DNA of 64,000 nucleotides, from NCBI RefSeq assembly GCF_036566845.1, contig NZ_DATCVM010000115.1, positions 26,852 to 90,851 of the forward strand. The letters run 5' to 3'. Positions 45,891 to 55,185 of this stretch are shown here, piece after piece. Within the stretch, counting starts at the first letter, position 1. Each line of letters starts with the position of its first letter. A program made the translations under genes and the position numbers. This stretch comes from Williamsia sp. Lineage in GTDB: Bacteria; Actinomycetota; Actinomycetes; Mycobacteriales; Mycobacteriaceae. The notes beneath the pieces were generated by a model. That model was not told the DNA's origin. It was given only the letters and a program-made list of their open reading frames with translations, and did not search any database.

Positions 45891-47471
45891 CTACTCATAG
45901 ACTCCTTCCACCACCCACTTCCCTTGCTGGTAGAGCAAGAGCAGAGCTCTCGAATCCTCCAGCAGCACTTGAGCTCTCGAATATGAGCCGGCATGTGCAC
46001 CACCGTCGGCAGCGGACCACCAGTGTTCGTCGACAGCCCACGGCCCGGCCCACCAGCTCAGCGCCCAGGTGCGCTTGCCCCAGCACAGACTGGTCGGCTC
46101 CGCACTGAAGCTGCCCCGCGCCGTGACCTCGACGGGGTGGTCTTCGACATCGAGCACCCGCACCGGGGCCATCGGCAGGATCGCCGGAGATGGACCGGGC
46201 AATCTGCCCGGCCACGGCGCCGACGGATCCGATGCCGCCACCAACTCATCACCCAGCGGCACCAGCGTTATCTGCTGAGCCGGCCCCCGACCACCGCTGC
46301 GCACCGGAACCTTGACCCGCTCACCACCGAGCAGACCCTGCACACGAACCAGAGCCCGGCGCACCCGCTCGGCCACCTCACCGTCACCGCCGGTCAGTCC
46401 ACCACCGGTGAATCCGAGCTGCATCGCACCCGAACCGATCACCTCCACCGGGTCCAGCCGGATCAGAACCACCGGCCCATCCGGGCGGTCAGTGGCACTT
46501 CGACCGGTGAGCCACCCCTCCACCTGCCAGCGGATCCGGTCGGCCGTGGCATCCGGCGTCAGCGGCTCCGCGCATCGCCAGGTACGCGAGTACTCGCGAC
46601 CGCTCTCGGTGACCGCCTGCACGGTCAGCCTGGTGCAGGCCACCGACGCCGCCGCCAGCAGATCATGCAGCTGGGCAGACAGCCGGCGTCCGACAAAGGC
46701 GGCCGCATCCACCCGGTCGATCGGCGGGTCGCACTGGTGCTCCACCACCAGGTCAGGCGGCGGCGCCTGCCCGGAGGCCGGACGTTGCGGCAGGGCCCTC
46801 GCCGTGCGGTGGGCAAAGATCGCATCGGCCGCAAACCTGGTGGCCACATCGGTCGCCGACAACGCCGCAAAGTCACCGATGGTCCGTAAACCCATCCGCC
46901 ACAACAGATCAACAAGGGCAACCCGATCATCGGCGCACATACTCGGCTCCACCGCCAGCTCCGAGATACGCAGGGGCGCAAGGAATCCGGCACCCTGCCC
47001 GGGAGGAATCACCAGCCCGCGGCGGGCGGCGATGATCGCGGTGAACAGTTCGTCGGCCACCCCGACCTGCGACTCGACACCACAGGCGGACACCACATCA
47101 GTCAGCTTCTCGGCCGCGATCTCCTCACTCCCGAAGTATCGGGCCACCCCACGGGCCGGCAACACCAGCAACCCCGGCCGCAGCACCTCCACCACGGGGA
47201 TCAACTCGGCAACAGCAGCCACCACAGGTTCGAACAAGCGAGCATCCCGGCCGAGGTCCGCGTCGGCGACAACCAACTGCGGACACCGGGCCTGCGCATC
47301 GCGCTTGCGCATCTCCCTGCGCACCCCGGCGCCGCGGGCCGCGGCCGAGCAGGCTATGACCCGCCCCGCCTGCAACACCGCCACCGGCCGCTCCGGCGAG
47401 ATGTCGACCTCCGCCGCCGCCGCCACCGCCGGCCAGTCCGGGCACCACACACCGAACACCCGCCCACTCAT
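45891..47471 (-). CDS. imuB: ImuB, inactive Y-family polymerase accessory factor
   Basis: WCPDWP, VIACSAAARGAGVRREMR, GVADELFTA, GLRTIGDFA, C-terminal GPWAVDEHWW. Confidence 0.92.
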   Translation of the reverse strand: MSGRVFGVWCPDWPAVAAAAEVDISPERPVAVLQAGRVIACSAAARGAGVRREMRKRDAQARCPQLVVADADLGRDARLFEPVVAAVAELIPVVEVLRPGLLVLPARGVARYFGSEEIAAEKLTDVVSACGVESQVGVADELFTAIIAARRGLVIPPGQGAGFLAPLRISELAVEPSMCADDRVALVDLLWRMGLRTIGDFAALSATDVATRFAADAIFAHRTARALPQRPASGQAPPPDLVVEHQCDPPIDRVDAAAFVGRRLSAQLHDLLAAASVACTRLTVQAVTESGREYSRTWRCAEPLTPDATADRIRWQVEGWLTGRSATDRPDGPVVLIRLDPVEVIGSGAMQLGFTGGGLTGGDGEVAERVRRALVRVQGLLGGERVKVPVRSGGRGPAQQITLVPLGDELVAASDPSAPWPGRLPGPSPAILPMAPVRVLDVEDHPVEVTARGSFSAEPTSLCWGKRTWALSWWAGPWAVDEHWWSAADGGAHAGSYSRAQVLLEDSRALLLLYQQGKWVVEGVYE

Positions 47472-48335
47472 CTACAGCGCCACCTTGAGCATCTCGGATG
47501 ATGAAACATCCTGTCCATCAACAATGTTCGGACGGTTCTCCGGGATATCCGGGATCGGTGCGATGTCAGCCACCGAATCCACCAGCTGAACCCGGTTGTC
47601 GCGATGTATCACGTCCAGCCGGGTGGTGGCCCCGGCAAACCCACGGCCACGCGAGCGCACCATCAGGGACACCCCACCGAGCCGTCCATGCCCGCGTCTG
47701 CGACCGGACTGCCCGGCCCCCGATGGTTGATGCCGGTAGTCGCACACCCGGGACTGCACTTTCACATGCGCCCCCGACCACTGCCCGTCGGTGACCACCA
47801 GGACCGCCCCCTTGCTGCGGGCCCGGGCCATCACCACCCGGCTACGGGAGGGCGGCACACTGAACCCACCGAGCCCGACCACCACCAGATCGAGCCCGTC
47901 GAGCAATACGGCCGCGATCTCCACCGGGTCCGGCCCCGGGTCGGGGATCACCGCGATCCGGGACAGATCCGCGCCCATCTCCACCGCCGCCAACAGCCCC
48001 AACTGCGGTTGGCCGATCACGGCCACGTGACCTCCATCAGCGCTCACCTGGGCGATCAGTGACAGCAACGGCGATCGCGCTCCTTCCAGCGCCAGCACCG
48101 TGCCCCGAGCCAGACCGCAGGGTGGCAGCACCCGCTCGAAAGCCGGTGGAACCGGCAGCCGATCCCGCTCCGAGTACTTTTCATCGTCGTTCCGCACAGC
48201 AGACATCTGACGCTGCGGCACAACGGATTCGGGGCGTGACCGAGTGGTGGCAGCAGCCAGGGTCTGCCGCAACATCTCCAGCTTCTGCGCCTTACTCGGT
48301 ACCGCTTCCGGCGCCGTCTCCAAAGCGTGCATCAC
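47472..48335 (-). CDS. imuA: ImuA' (RecA-like mutasome factor)
   Basis: LPVPPAFERVLPPCGLARG, GLLAAVEMGADLSRI, LLDGLDLVVV; abuts imuB; SOS box upstream. Confidence 0.88.
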   Translation of the reverse strand: MMHALETAPEAVPSKAQKLEMLRQTLAAATTRSRPESVVPQRQMSAVRNDDEKYSERDRLPVPPAFERVLPPCGLARGTVLALEGARSPLLSLIAQVSADGGHVAVIGQPQLGLLAAVEMGADLSRIAVIPDPGPDPVEIAAVLLDGLDLVVVGLGGFSVPPSRSRVVMARARSKGAVLVVTDGQWSGAHVKVQSRVCDYRHQPSGAGQSGRRRGHGRLGGVSLMVRSRGRGFAGATTRLDVIHRDNRVQLVDSVADIAPIPDIPENRPNIVDGQDVSSSEMLKVAL

Positions 48336-48399
48336 ACCTCCACATCACTCCCCGCCGAGGCGAAGAAGTGGCACAGGGAAGGTGGGCCACCGTCAGAAC

Positions 48400-48427
48400 T
48401 CGAACCGAAACTCGAACATGTTTTCGA
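48400..48427. promoter_or_regulatory. LexA (SOS) box upstream of imuA', with an overlapping weaker copy
   Basis: TCGAAC-ATGT-TTTCGA (48412-48427, one mismatch) and TCGAAC-CGAA-ACTCGA (48400-48415, two mismatches). Confidence 0.8.
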
Positions 48428-48549
48428 TATCTCCGAGCGTAGGTCAGCCCTCCGACAAGCGTCAAACACACACGGCGCGTCGGCCCCGAAATGCCGGGCC
48501 GGGTGGCACACCATCCACACCCGCCACAGCGTCCACTAAGGTCAGACCC

Positions 48550-49773
48550 GTGAGCGCCCCTTCGTACCGCGTTCCCGGCCCCGACTACCTGGTGGCCGGG
48601 CGATACCGCCTGCGTTCGAAGATCGGCGGCGGCGGCATGGGCGCGGTCTGGCTGGCGCACGACACCCTCCTCGACCGCGAGGTCGCGATCAAACAGGTGC
48701 TCTCCGTCGCCGGGATGACCGACGATTCGGCGGCCGAGATGCGGCAGCGCGCGATGCGGGAGGGCCGGATCGCCGCCCGGCTCAGCCACCGCAACGCCAT
48801 CGCCATGCACGATGTGGCACTCGACTCCGGTGAGCCCTGGCTTGTCATGGAGTACCTGCCCTCGCGCAGCGTGGCCGAGATCTTGCACCAGTCCGGCACC
48901 CTGCCCGTCGATCAGGTGGCACAGATCGGTGCCCAGATCGCCGACGCCATGGTCGAAGCCCACACCGCCGGCATCCTGCACCGCGACATCAAGCCCGGCA
49001 ACATCCTGATCGCCGAGGGCCGCAACGCCGGCCTGGTGAAACTCACCGACTTCGGCATCTCCCGATCCAAAGACGATGTCCAGCTGACACAGACCGGAGT
49101 GATCACCGGGACCCCGGCGTACTTCGCCCCCGAGGTGGCGCGCGGTGAGGATCCGAGCGAGGCCTCCGACGTCTACTCCCTGGGATCCACCCTTTACACC
49201 TCGGTCGAAGGTCAGCCGCCCTTCGGCGTCGACGAGAACTCACTTGTCGTGCTGCACAGAGTCGCCCGCGGCGAGATCATCCCGCCCAAACGATCCGGCC
49301 CGCTCGAAGGCGCGCTTCTGGCGATGCTCGAACCCAGCCCGGCCCGCCGCCCGACCATGGCCCAGGTCCGGGACCGTCTGGCCCAGGTGGCCGCCGGTGA
49401 CAACAGCAACACCGCGCTGATCCTGACCACACCACTCGACCGCAGACCTTCCGGAACCCCGCATCGCACCACCACCCGTCGGATACCGACGGCCACCGAA
49501 TCCGGGCTCCCCGCTGTCACCGGTGTGCCCGGCCCCGATCCGCAGGCGCGCAACCCGGCGTGGCCGAACCCGTCCCCCACCTCCCGGCCGGCCGGCCGGG
49601 ATCCATGGCAGGCCACCGAGGTCTCCGGACCGTCCTACCCGGCATCCTGGGCTGCTGCGCAACCCCCGAACCAGCAGTCGCCGCAGCGGCATCTCGGTCT
49701 GGCCGCCGCGGTGTTCCTGGTGTTCGTGATGCTGGCCGCCATCGCGATCACCATCATCGCCCTGGTTCGCTGA
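48550..49773 (+). CDS. Hanks-type Ser/Thr protein kinase with C-terminal TM
   Basis: IGGGGMGAVW, VAIK, HRDIKPGN, DFG, GTPAYFAPE, SDVYSLG; start placed at GTG 48550. Confidence 0.93.
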   Translation: MSAPSYRVPGPDYLVAGRYRLRSKIGGGGMGAVWLAHDTLLDREVAIKQVLSVAGMTDDSAAEMRQRAMREGRIAARLSHRNAIAMHDVALDSGEPWLVMEYLPSRSVAEILHQSGTLPVDQVAQIGAQIADAMVEAHTAGILHRDIKPGNILIAEGRNAGLVKLTDFGISRSKDDVQLTQTGVITGTPAYFAPEVARGEDPSEASDVYSLGSTLYTSVEGQPPFGVDENSLVVLHRVARGEIIPPKRSGPLEGALLAMLEPSPARRPTMAQVRDRLAQVAAGDNSNTALILTTPLDRRPSGTPHRTTTRRIPTATESGLPAVTGVPGPDPQARNPAWPNPSPTSRPAGRDPWQATEVSGPSYPASWAAAQPPNQQSPQRHLGLAAAVFLVFVMLAAIAITIIALVR

Positions 49774-49803
49774 CACATCACCCGGCCGGGCTGTGCCGGG
49801 CAG

Positions 49804-50475
49804 TCAGTGAATGTGCCGGTTCACGGCCCAGCGGGTGAGCGCATTGCGGTTCGATTGCTGGGTTTTGCGCAGGACGTTCGAGGCATGTGTTTCCACGGTC
49901 TTGATCGAGATCACCAGATCCTCCGCGATCTCGCGATAGGTGAAACCGCGGGCCAGCAACCGCAGCACCTCCATCTCACGCGGGGTCAGCGAATCGAGTT
50001 CGGGATCGAGTTGCGGCTCGGGTACCGGCGAGCGGCCGGTGAACGAGTCGAGCACGAACCCGGCAAGACGTGGACTGAACACCGCATCACCGTCGGCCAC
50101 CCGACGCACCGACTCGGCGAGCTCGGCACCGTCGATCGTCTTGGTGACATAGCCACGAGCACCCGCGCGGATGGTGGCGATCACATCCTCGGCGGCGTCA
50201 GAAACACTGAGCGCCAAGAACACCGGTGGATTGCTCGGTGCAGCGTCGGCCACACCCCGCAGGACCGCGATCCCGCCACCGGCCGGCATGTGGACATCGA
50301 GCAACACCACATCCGGCGCCGACTGCAGGATCCCGGCAATCGCATCGACCACCGATCCCGCCTCACCGACAACCTGTACATCGGCCTCGGACGCGAGTTC
50401 GGCACGGACCCCGGAACGGAAGACTCCGTGGTCGTCCACCAAGAACACCCGGTACGGTCCGCTACGCCCGGTCAT
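49804..50475 (-). CDS. NarL/LuxR family response regulator
   Basis: FLVDDH, LLDVHMP, LTPREMEVLRLLARG...TVETH; start placed at ATG 50475. Confidence 0.92.
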   Translation of the reverse strand: MTGRSGPYRVFLVDDHGVFRSGVRAELASEADVQVVGEAGSVVDAIAGILQSAPDVVLLDVHMPAGGGIAVLRGVADAAPSNPPVFLALSVSDAAEDVIATIRAGARGYVTKTIDGAELAESVRRVADGDAVFSPRLAGFVLDSFTGRSPVPEPQLDPELDSLTPREMEVLRLLARGFTYREIAEDLVISIKTVETHASNVLRKTQQSNRNALTRWAVNRHIH

Positions 50476-51781
50476 GTCCCTGGTCTCCGTCTCCCGGCAT
50501 CTCGCCGTTCTTGTCTCCCGGCGTCCCGCCGCCGTTGTCCCCCGGCGTCCCGCCCCTATCCACAGCCGTGTGATCGCCGTTCTCCACCGGCGCCTCACCA
50601 CCGTGCTCACCGCGCGGCATGGCCATCCGGACGTCGACGCCTTTGCCCGGCGACGACTTGATGTCAACGCTACCGCCGTGCCGGATCACCCGGCCTTTGA
50701 TGGAACCCGACACACCGCGACGATCTTCGGGCACCTCGTCCGGATCAAAGCCCACTCCGCGGTCGCGGACGTACACCACGATCTGCCCGACATCGACCTC
50801 CGCGTACACATCGACCGAGCGTTCGCCAGAGTGCTTGGCCGCGTTCACCACAGCTTCCCGGGTGGCCGCGATCAGCGCCGCCCACCTCCTGGTGTCGGTG
50901 GTCCACCCCGGATCGTCTGCGGTGACATCGCCGACTGTCACCACCTCGACCTCCACCCCGTAGTGGTCCTCCACCTCGGCGGCAACGGATTTGATGGCGG
51001 CGGTCAGCGAATCACTGTGTCGGTCAACCTCTCCGAACAGGTAACTGCGCAGTTCTCGTTCCTGGCTGCGTGCCAGCCGCTGGACCTCGTCGGAATGTGC
51101 CGCCCGTTTCTGGATCAGCGCCAGCGTCTGCAGGACCGAATCATGCAGGTGCGCAGCAATTTCCTCACGTTCGATGTTCCGGATCCGGGCAGCGCGTTCG
51201 GATCCGAGCATGCGGGCCATCCGCAACCACAGGGGAATCGTCAGCAGCATCACGCCGGTGAATGTGGCTGCGACCGCCAACAAGACCGTACTCAAGCCGC
51301 CGATCTTGTTGTTGCTCGCCAGCACGACCACCACCAACCCGATCACCACCAGCGTTGCGCCACCGGCGATCCGGGTCCACGTGAGCGCACGCGCCGATGC
51401 CGATCGTGGCCGCCAGCTCGAGTCGAGCTCGCGCCACACCAGAGACGCCCCGATGGCAACAACCACCAGGGGGATGAGGAACTGCGCCGGCGTGCCCGAG
51501 GCGACGAACCCGACCAGGATCACCGCGACCAGGCCGACGATGGCGAGCCCGATCCCTTGTCTACGTTCGGACTTGGTGGGCGGCGCCGTGTCGGTGCCGG
51601 GTGGGCAGAGGAACCAGAGCAGGCCGTACGCGCAGATCCCGGCGCCGGCCAGCGCGCTGAGCACCACGAACACAACGCGCACCCGAAAAGCGTCGACGCC
51701 GAGATGATCGGCCACACCGCCGGCGACTCCGCCGATGACGCGACCTCCATCACGGCGGTGGACACGCGTGGCAGTGGACAT
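50462..51781 (-). CDS. PspC-domain sensor histidine kinase
   Basis: N-terminal PspC (VIGGVAGGVADHLGVD), TMs, HLHDSVLQ, NAAKHS, DRGVGF. Confidence 0.88.
   Translation of the reverse strand: MSTATRVHRRDGGRVIGGVAGGVADHLGVDAFRVRVVFVVLSALAGAGICAYGLLWFLCPPGTDTAPPTKSERRQGIGLAIVGLVAVILVGFVASGTPAQFLIPLVVVAIGASLVWRELDSSWRPRSASARALTWTRIAGGATLVVIGLVVVVLASNNKIGGLSTVLLAVAATFTGVMLLTIPLWLRMARMLGSERAARIRNIEREEIAAHLHDSVLQTLALIQKRAAHSDEVQRLARSQERELRSYLFGEVDRHSDSLTAAIKSVAAEVEDHYGVEVEVVTVGDVTADDPGWTTDTRRWAALIAATREAVVNAAKHSGERSVDVYAEVDVGQIVVYVRDRGVGFDPDEVPEDRRGVSGSIKGRVIRHGGSVDIKSSPGKGVDVRMAMPRGEHGGEAPVENGDHTAVDRGGTPGDNGGGTPGDKNGEMPGDGDQGHDRA
50487..50554. repeat. 24-bp period tandem repeat in the kinase C-terminal tail (3 copies)
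   Basis: TTGTCTCCCGGCGTCCCGCC (50511), TTGTCCCCCGGCGTCCCGCC (50535), degenerate copy at 50487; encodes GGTPGDNG-GGTPGDKN-GEMPGDGD. Confidence 0.75.
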
Positions 51782-51942
51782 CAATCGATACTGGCATGCC
51801 CGGACCGGGCGGCACATCGGGGACATACCCCAGATGTGAAGACAGGGTGCAAATCAGGGTGAATCCCGATGGTGCACTGGCCCGCGGCTCCGCAGAATTG
51901 AATCAACAGCACGCACACAGATGTATCGAGGCGGAGTTCGAC

Positions 51943-53304
51943 ATGGCAACCAGTGGCACCGGTACAGGTACCGACGACTTGCAGAAGCAAGTGCAGAAGA
52001 TGTGGCAGACCCGGCCCGCCCGGGCGACCACCGGATCGACGGTCGGTGGTGTGTGCGCCGGCATCGGTGCCCGCTACAAGGTGGATCCGACCCTGGTCAA
52101 GGTCGCGTTCATCGTCGCAGCCCTGTTCGGCGGGTCAGGGCTGGTGCTCTACGTGGCCGCGTGGATCGTATTGCCCGAGGGTTCGGCGAGCTCACAGCCC
52201 GGCACCCGGCATCAGCGCCGGTGGCATGGTTTCCGGCATTCGTCGTCGCATCCACCAACCGTCGCGGCCATCGTCGTGCTGGTGATCCTGGTCCTGGTCC
52301 TGCAACCCAACCTCGCCTGGAGCGGGGGCGGTCTGGCCGGAACGGCCCTGATGCTGCTCGGATGGTGGCTTCTGTACCAGCGGACACCGATCCCCGAACC
52401 CGGAACCAGCGCAGACACTCTCGGGCAACAGTCCGGTACCGCCCGCGCCGGCGGGCAGCCGCCTTCTACCCCCGGATCGTGGTGGAGCAGTGAGTCCGCA
52501 GGTTCCGACCCGGTTACCGAGCAGTTCCAGCGGTGGACCCCGCGATCATGGCTCAAAGACGAGACAACGAGCACCGCCCCCACCGGCGCGGGCCCCGATG
52601 CGACTGCATCCGATTCCCCGCCGTCGACAGCGTCCGACTCCCCACTGCCACCGTCGCCGCCCTCGTGGGATCCGTTGGGAGTGGCACCATTTGCCTGGGA
52701 TCTCCCCGAGCCCACGCCCCCGGAGGAAAAGAAGCCCTCGTCGCGATTCACTCCGGTTGTGCTCGGCGTCGCGATCATCGCGACCGCGGTGACCGCAGGC
52801 CTCTCCAGCGTTGTGGACTGGCTCAGTCCGGCCGAGGTCGCCTCGGTGGGGTTGTTGGTTCTCGCGAGTGGGCTGCTGATCGGTGCGTTCACCCGGCGCG
52901 GCCTGGGACTGATCCCGATCGCCATACCCGTCGCCGGATTCGTGGTAGTCGCCTCGCTGATCAGCGGTATCGACTTCCCCTCGGGTGGGGTCGGTGACCG
53001 CAGCTGGAAGCCGCTGACGACCGCAGATCTGAAAGACAGCTATTCGGTGTCCATGGGCAACGGCACCCTCGACCTGACGGACATCAACCTCACGGAAGAC
53101 GCAAAAGTCACCGCGGAAGTCGGCGTCGGCGAGTTCAAGGTCATTGCTCCGGCCGACATGAACATCCGTGCCGATTGCGATGTCGCCGTCGGAGAAGTCA
53201 AATGTCCCGACGGCCTCGACGGCGGCACCGACGGAACCAAGGGCCCCGTGCTGACCGTCGACATGAGTGCCGCGCTCGGAAATGTGGAGGTCACCCGTGA
53301 ATAA
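51943..53304 (+). CDS. PspC-domain membrane protein with C-terminal LiaF/DUF2154-like beta domain
   Basis: PspC (VGGVCAGIGARYKVDPTLVK...LYVAAWIVLP), TMs, Pro-rich linker, SVSMGNGTLDL...VGVGEFKV. Confidence 0.8.
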   Translation: MATSGTGTGTDDLQKQVQKMWQTRPARATTGSTVGGVCAGIGARYKVDPTLVKVAFIVAALFGGSGLVLYVAAWIVLPEGSASSQPGTRHQRRWHGFRHSSSHPPTVAAIVVLVILVLVLQPNLAWSGGGLAGTALMLLGWWLLYQRTPIPEPGTSADTLGQQSGTARAGGQPPSTPGSWWSSESAGSDPVTEQFQRWTPRSWLKDETTSTAPTGAGPDATASDSPPSTASDSPLPPSPPSWDPLGVAPFAWDLPEPTPPEEKKPSSRFTPVVLGVAIIATAVTAGLSSVVDWLSPAEVASVGLLVLASGLLIGAFTRRGLGLIPIAIPVAGFVVVASLISGIDFPSGGVGDRSWKPLTTADLKDSYSVSMGNGTLDLTDINLTEDAKVTAEVGVGEFKVIAPADMNIRADCDVAVGEVKCPDGLDGGTDGTKGPVLTVDMSAALGNVEVTRE

Positions 53305-53518
53305 GTTCTCCCCGACCCTGGCCCTGAGCGGGATCGCGGCTCTCCTGGTGGCGGTGTGGGGGCTCGTCGGGAGCCCTGACATCACCAATTCGGGTACGGC
53401 GCTGTGGAGCGCTCTGGCCGTCGCCGTCCTGGTCGGACTGGCGCTGATCTTCAGCGGCGGACGCCACGACAAGAACACTCCACAGCACAGCAATCAGGAC
53501 GAAGAGCCCGCAGAGTAG
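53297..53518 (+). CDS. Small two-TM membrane protein
   Basis: Two hydrophobic helices; GTG start overlaps the PspC gene end. Confidence 0.65.
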   Translation: MNKFSPTLALSGIAALLVAVWGLVGSPDITNSGTALWSALAVAVLVGLALIFSGGRHDKNTPQHSNQDEEPAE

Positions 53519-53535
53519 TGCTCAGCCGCCGGAGT

Positions 53536-55128
53536 TCACTCCCACTCGATGGTGCCCGGCGGCTTGCTCGTCACGTCGAGAACCACCCGGTTGACCTCGG
53601 GCACCTCGTTGGTGATGCGGGTCGAGATGAGTTCGAGGACCTCATACGGGATGCGCGTCCAGTCGGCGGTCATCGCGTCTTCACTCGACACCGGCCGCAG
53701 GACGATCGGATGACCGTACGTACGGCCGTCGCCCTGGACACCCACGCTGCGGACGTCGGCGAGCAGCACCACGGGGCACTGCCAGATCTGGTTGTCGAGG
53801 CCGGCCGCCGTGAGTTCCTCACGAGCGATGAGATCGGCCTTGCGAAGCAACGCGAGACGCTCGGCGTTGACCGAGCCGACGATGCGGATGGCCAGCCCCG
53901 GACCCGGGAAAGGTTGGCGCGCAACGATTTCCTCGGGCAGGCCCAGCTCGCGGCCAACCGCACGGACCTCGTCCTTGAACAGCAGACGAAGGGGTTCGAC
54001 CAGACTGAACTCGAGATCTTCCGGAAGTCCACCGACGTTGTGGTGACTCTTGATGTTCGCGGTACCGCTACCGCCACCGGATTCGACAACATCCGGGTAG
54101 AGGGTGCCCTGCACCAGGAACTCCACCTTGTCACCGTGGGCGGCCCGGTCACCGAGGACATCGCTGACGGCACCCTCGAACGACCGGATGAACTCACGCC
54201 CGATGATCTTGCGCTTGGCCTCCGGATCACTCACGTCGGCGAGTTCCCGCAGAAAGGTCTCTTCGGCGTCGACGGTGACCAGTCGGGCGCCCGTCGCGGC
54301 GACAAAATCGTGCTGAACCTGTTCGCGCTCACCGGCGCGCAGCAGACCGTGGTCGACGAACACACAGGTGAGGCGATCCCCGACAGCCCGCTGGACCAGG
54401 GCCGCGGCCACTGCCGAGTCGACGCCACCGGACAGTCCGCAGATGGCCAGACCGTCCCCGATCTGTTTGCGAACCTGCTCCACGAGGGCATCGGCGATGT
54501 TCGACGCGGTCCAGGTGGGTGTGAGCCCGGCGATCTCGTAGAGGAACCGGGTGAGCACATGCTGGCCGTGCGGTGTGTGCATGACCTCGGGGTGGTACTG
54601 GACGCCGGCCATCTGGCGCTCCACACATTCGAAGGCCGCAACCGGCGCACCCGGTGTCGACGCGGTGACCACGAATCCGGGCGGCGGCTCCTGGACTGCG
54701 TCGTTGTGACTCATCCACACCGGCTGCTCGTCCGGGGTTCCTCCGTGCAGCACGCCGCCGGTGGTGCTCATGGTGGTTCTGCCGAACTCACGACCGCCGG
54801 TGTTCGCGACCACACCGCCGAGCGCGTTGGCCATCGCCTGGTACCCGTAGCAGATCCCCATCACGGGAATCCCCAGGTCGAACAGACCTCCGTCGATCCC
54901 TGGCGCATCCTCGGCGTACACCGAGGCCGGACCGCCTGAAAGTATCAGTGCAACAGGATCTTTCGCCTTGATCTCGTCGAGTGTCGCGGTATGGGCGACA
55001 ACCTCCGAATAGATCCGGGCCTCACGGACCCGCCGAGCGATCAGCTGCGCGTACTGCGCGCCGAAATCGACCACCAGTACCGGTCGCGGAGCTGCTGCTT
55101 GCACACCTGTGTCTACGCTGTCTACCAC
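53536..55128 (-). CDS. guaA: GMP synthase (glutamine-hydrolysing)
   Basis: [45 protein letters not shown]. Confidence 0.97.
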   Translation of the reverse strand: MVDSVDTGVQAAAPRPVLVVDFGAQYAQLIARRVREARIYSEVVAHTATLDEIKAKDPVALILSGGPASVYAEDAPGIDGGLFDLGIPVMGICYGYQAMANALGGVVANTGGREFGRTTMSTTGGVLHGGTPDEQPVWMSHNDAVQEPPPGFVVTASTPGAPVAAFECVERQMAGVQYHPEVMHTPHGQHVLTRFLYEIAGLTPTWTASNIADALVEQVRKQIGDGLAICGLSGGVDSAVAAALVQRAVGDRLTCVFVDHGLLRAGEREQVQHDFVAATGARLVTVDAEETFLRELADVSDPEAKRKIIGREFIRSFEGAVSDVLGDRAAHGDKVEFLVQGTLYPDVVESGGGSGTANIKSHHNVGGLPEDLEFSLVEPLRLLFKDEVRAVGRELGLPEEIVARQPFPGPGLAIRIVGSVNAERLALLRKADLIAREELTAAGLDNQIWQCPVVLLADVRSVGVQGDGRTYGHPIVLRPVSSEDAMTADWTRIPYEVLELISTRITNEVPEVNRVVLDVTSKPPGTIEWE

Positions 55129-55185
55129 GCCGATCAGTCTAAACGCGTCGGCGATGTGATCTGTCCCTGGGGAGACGATCAGACA

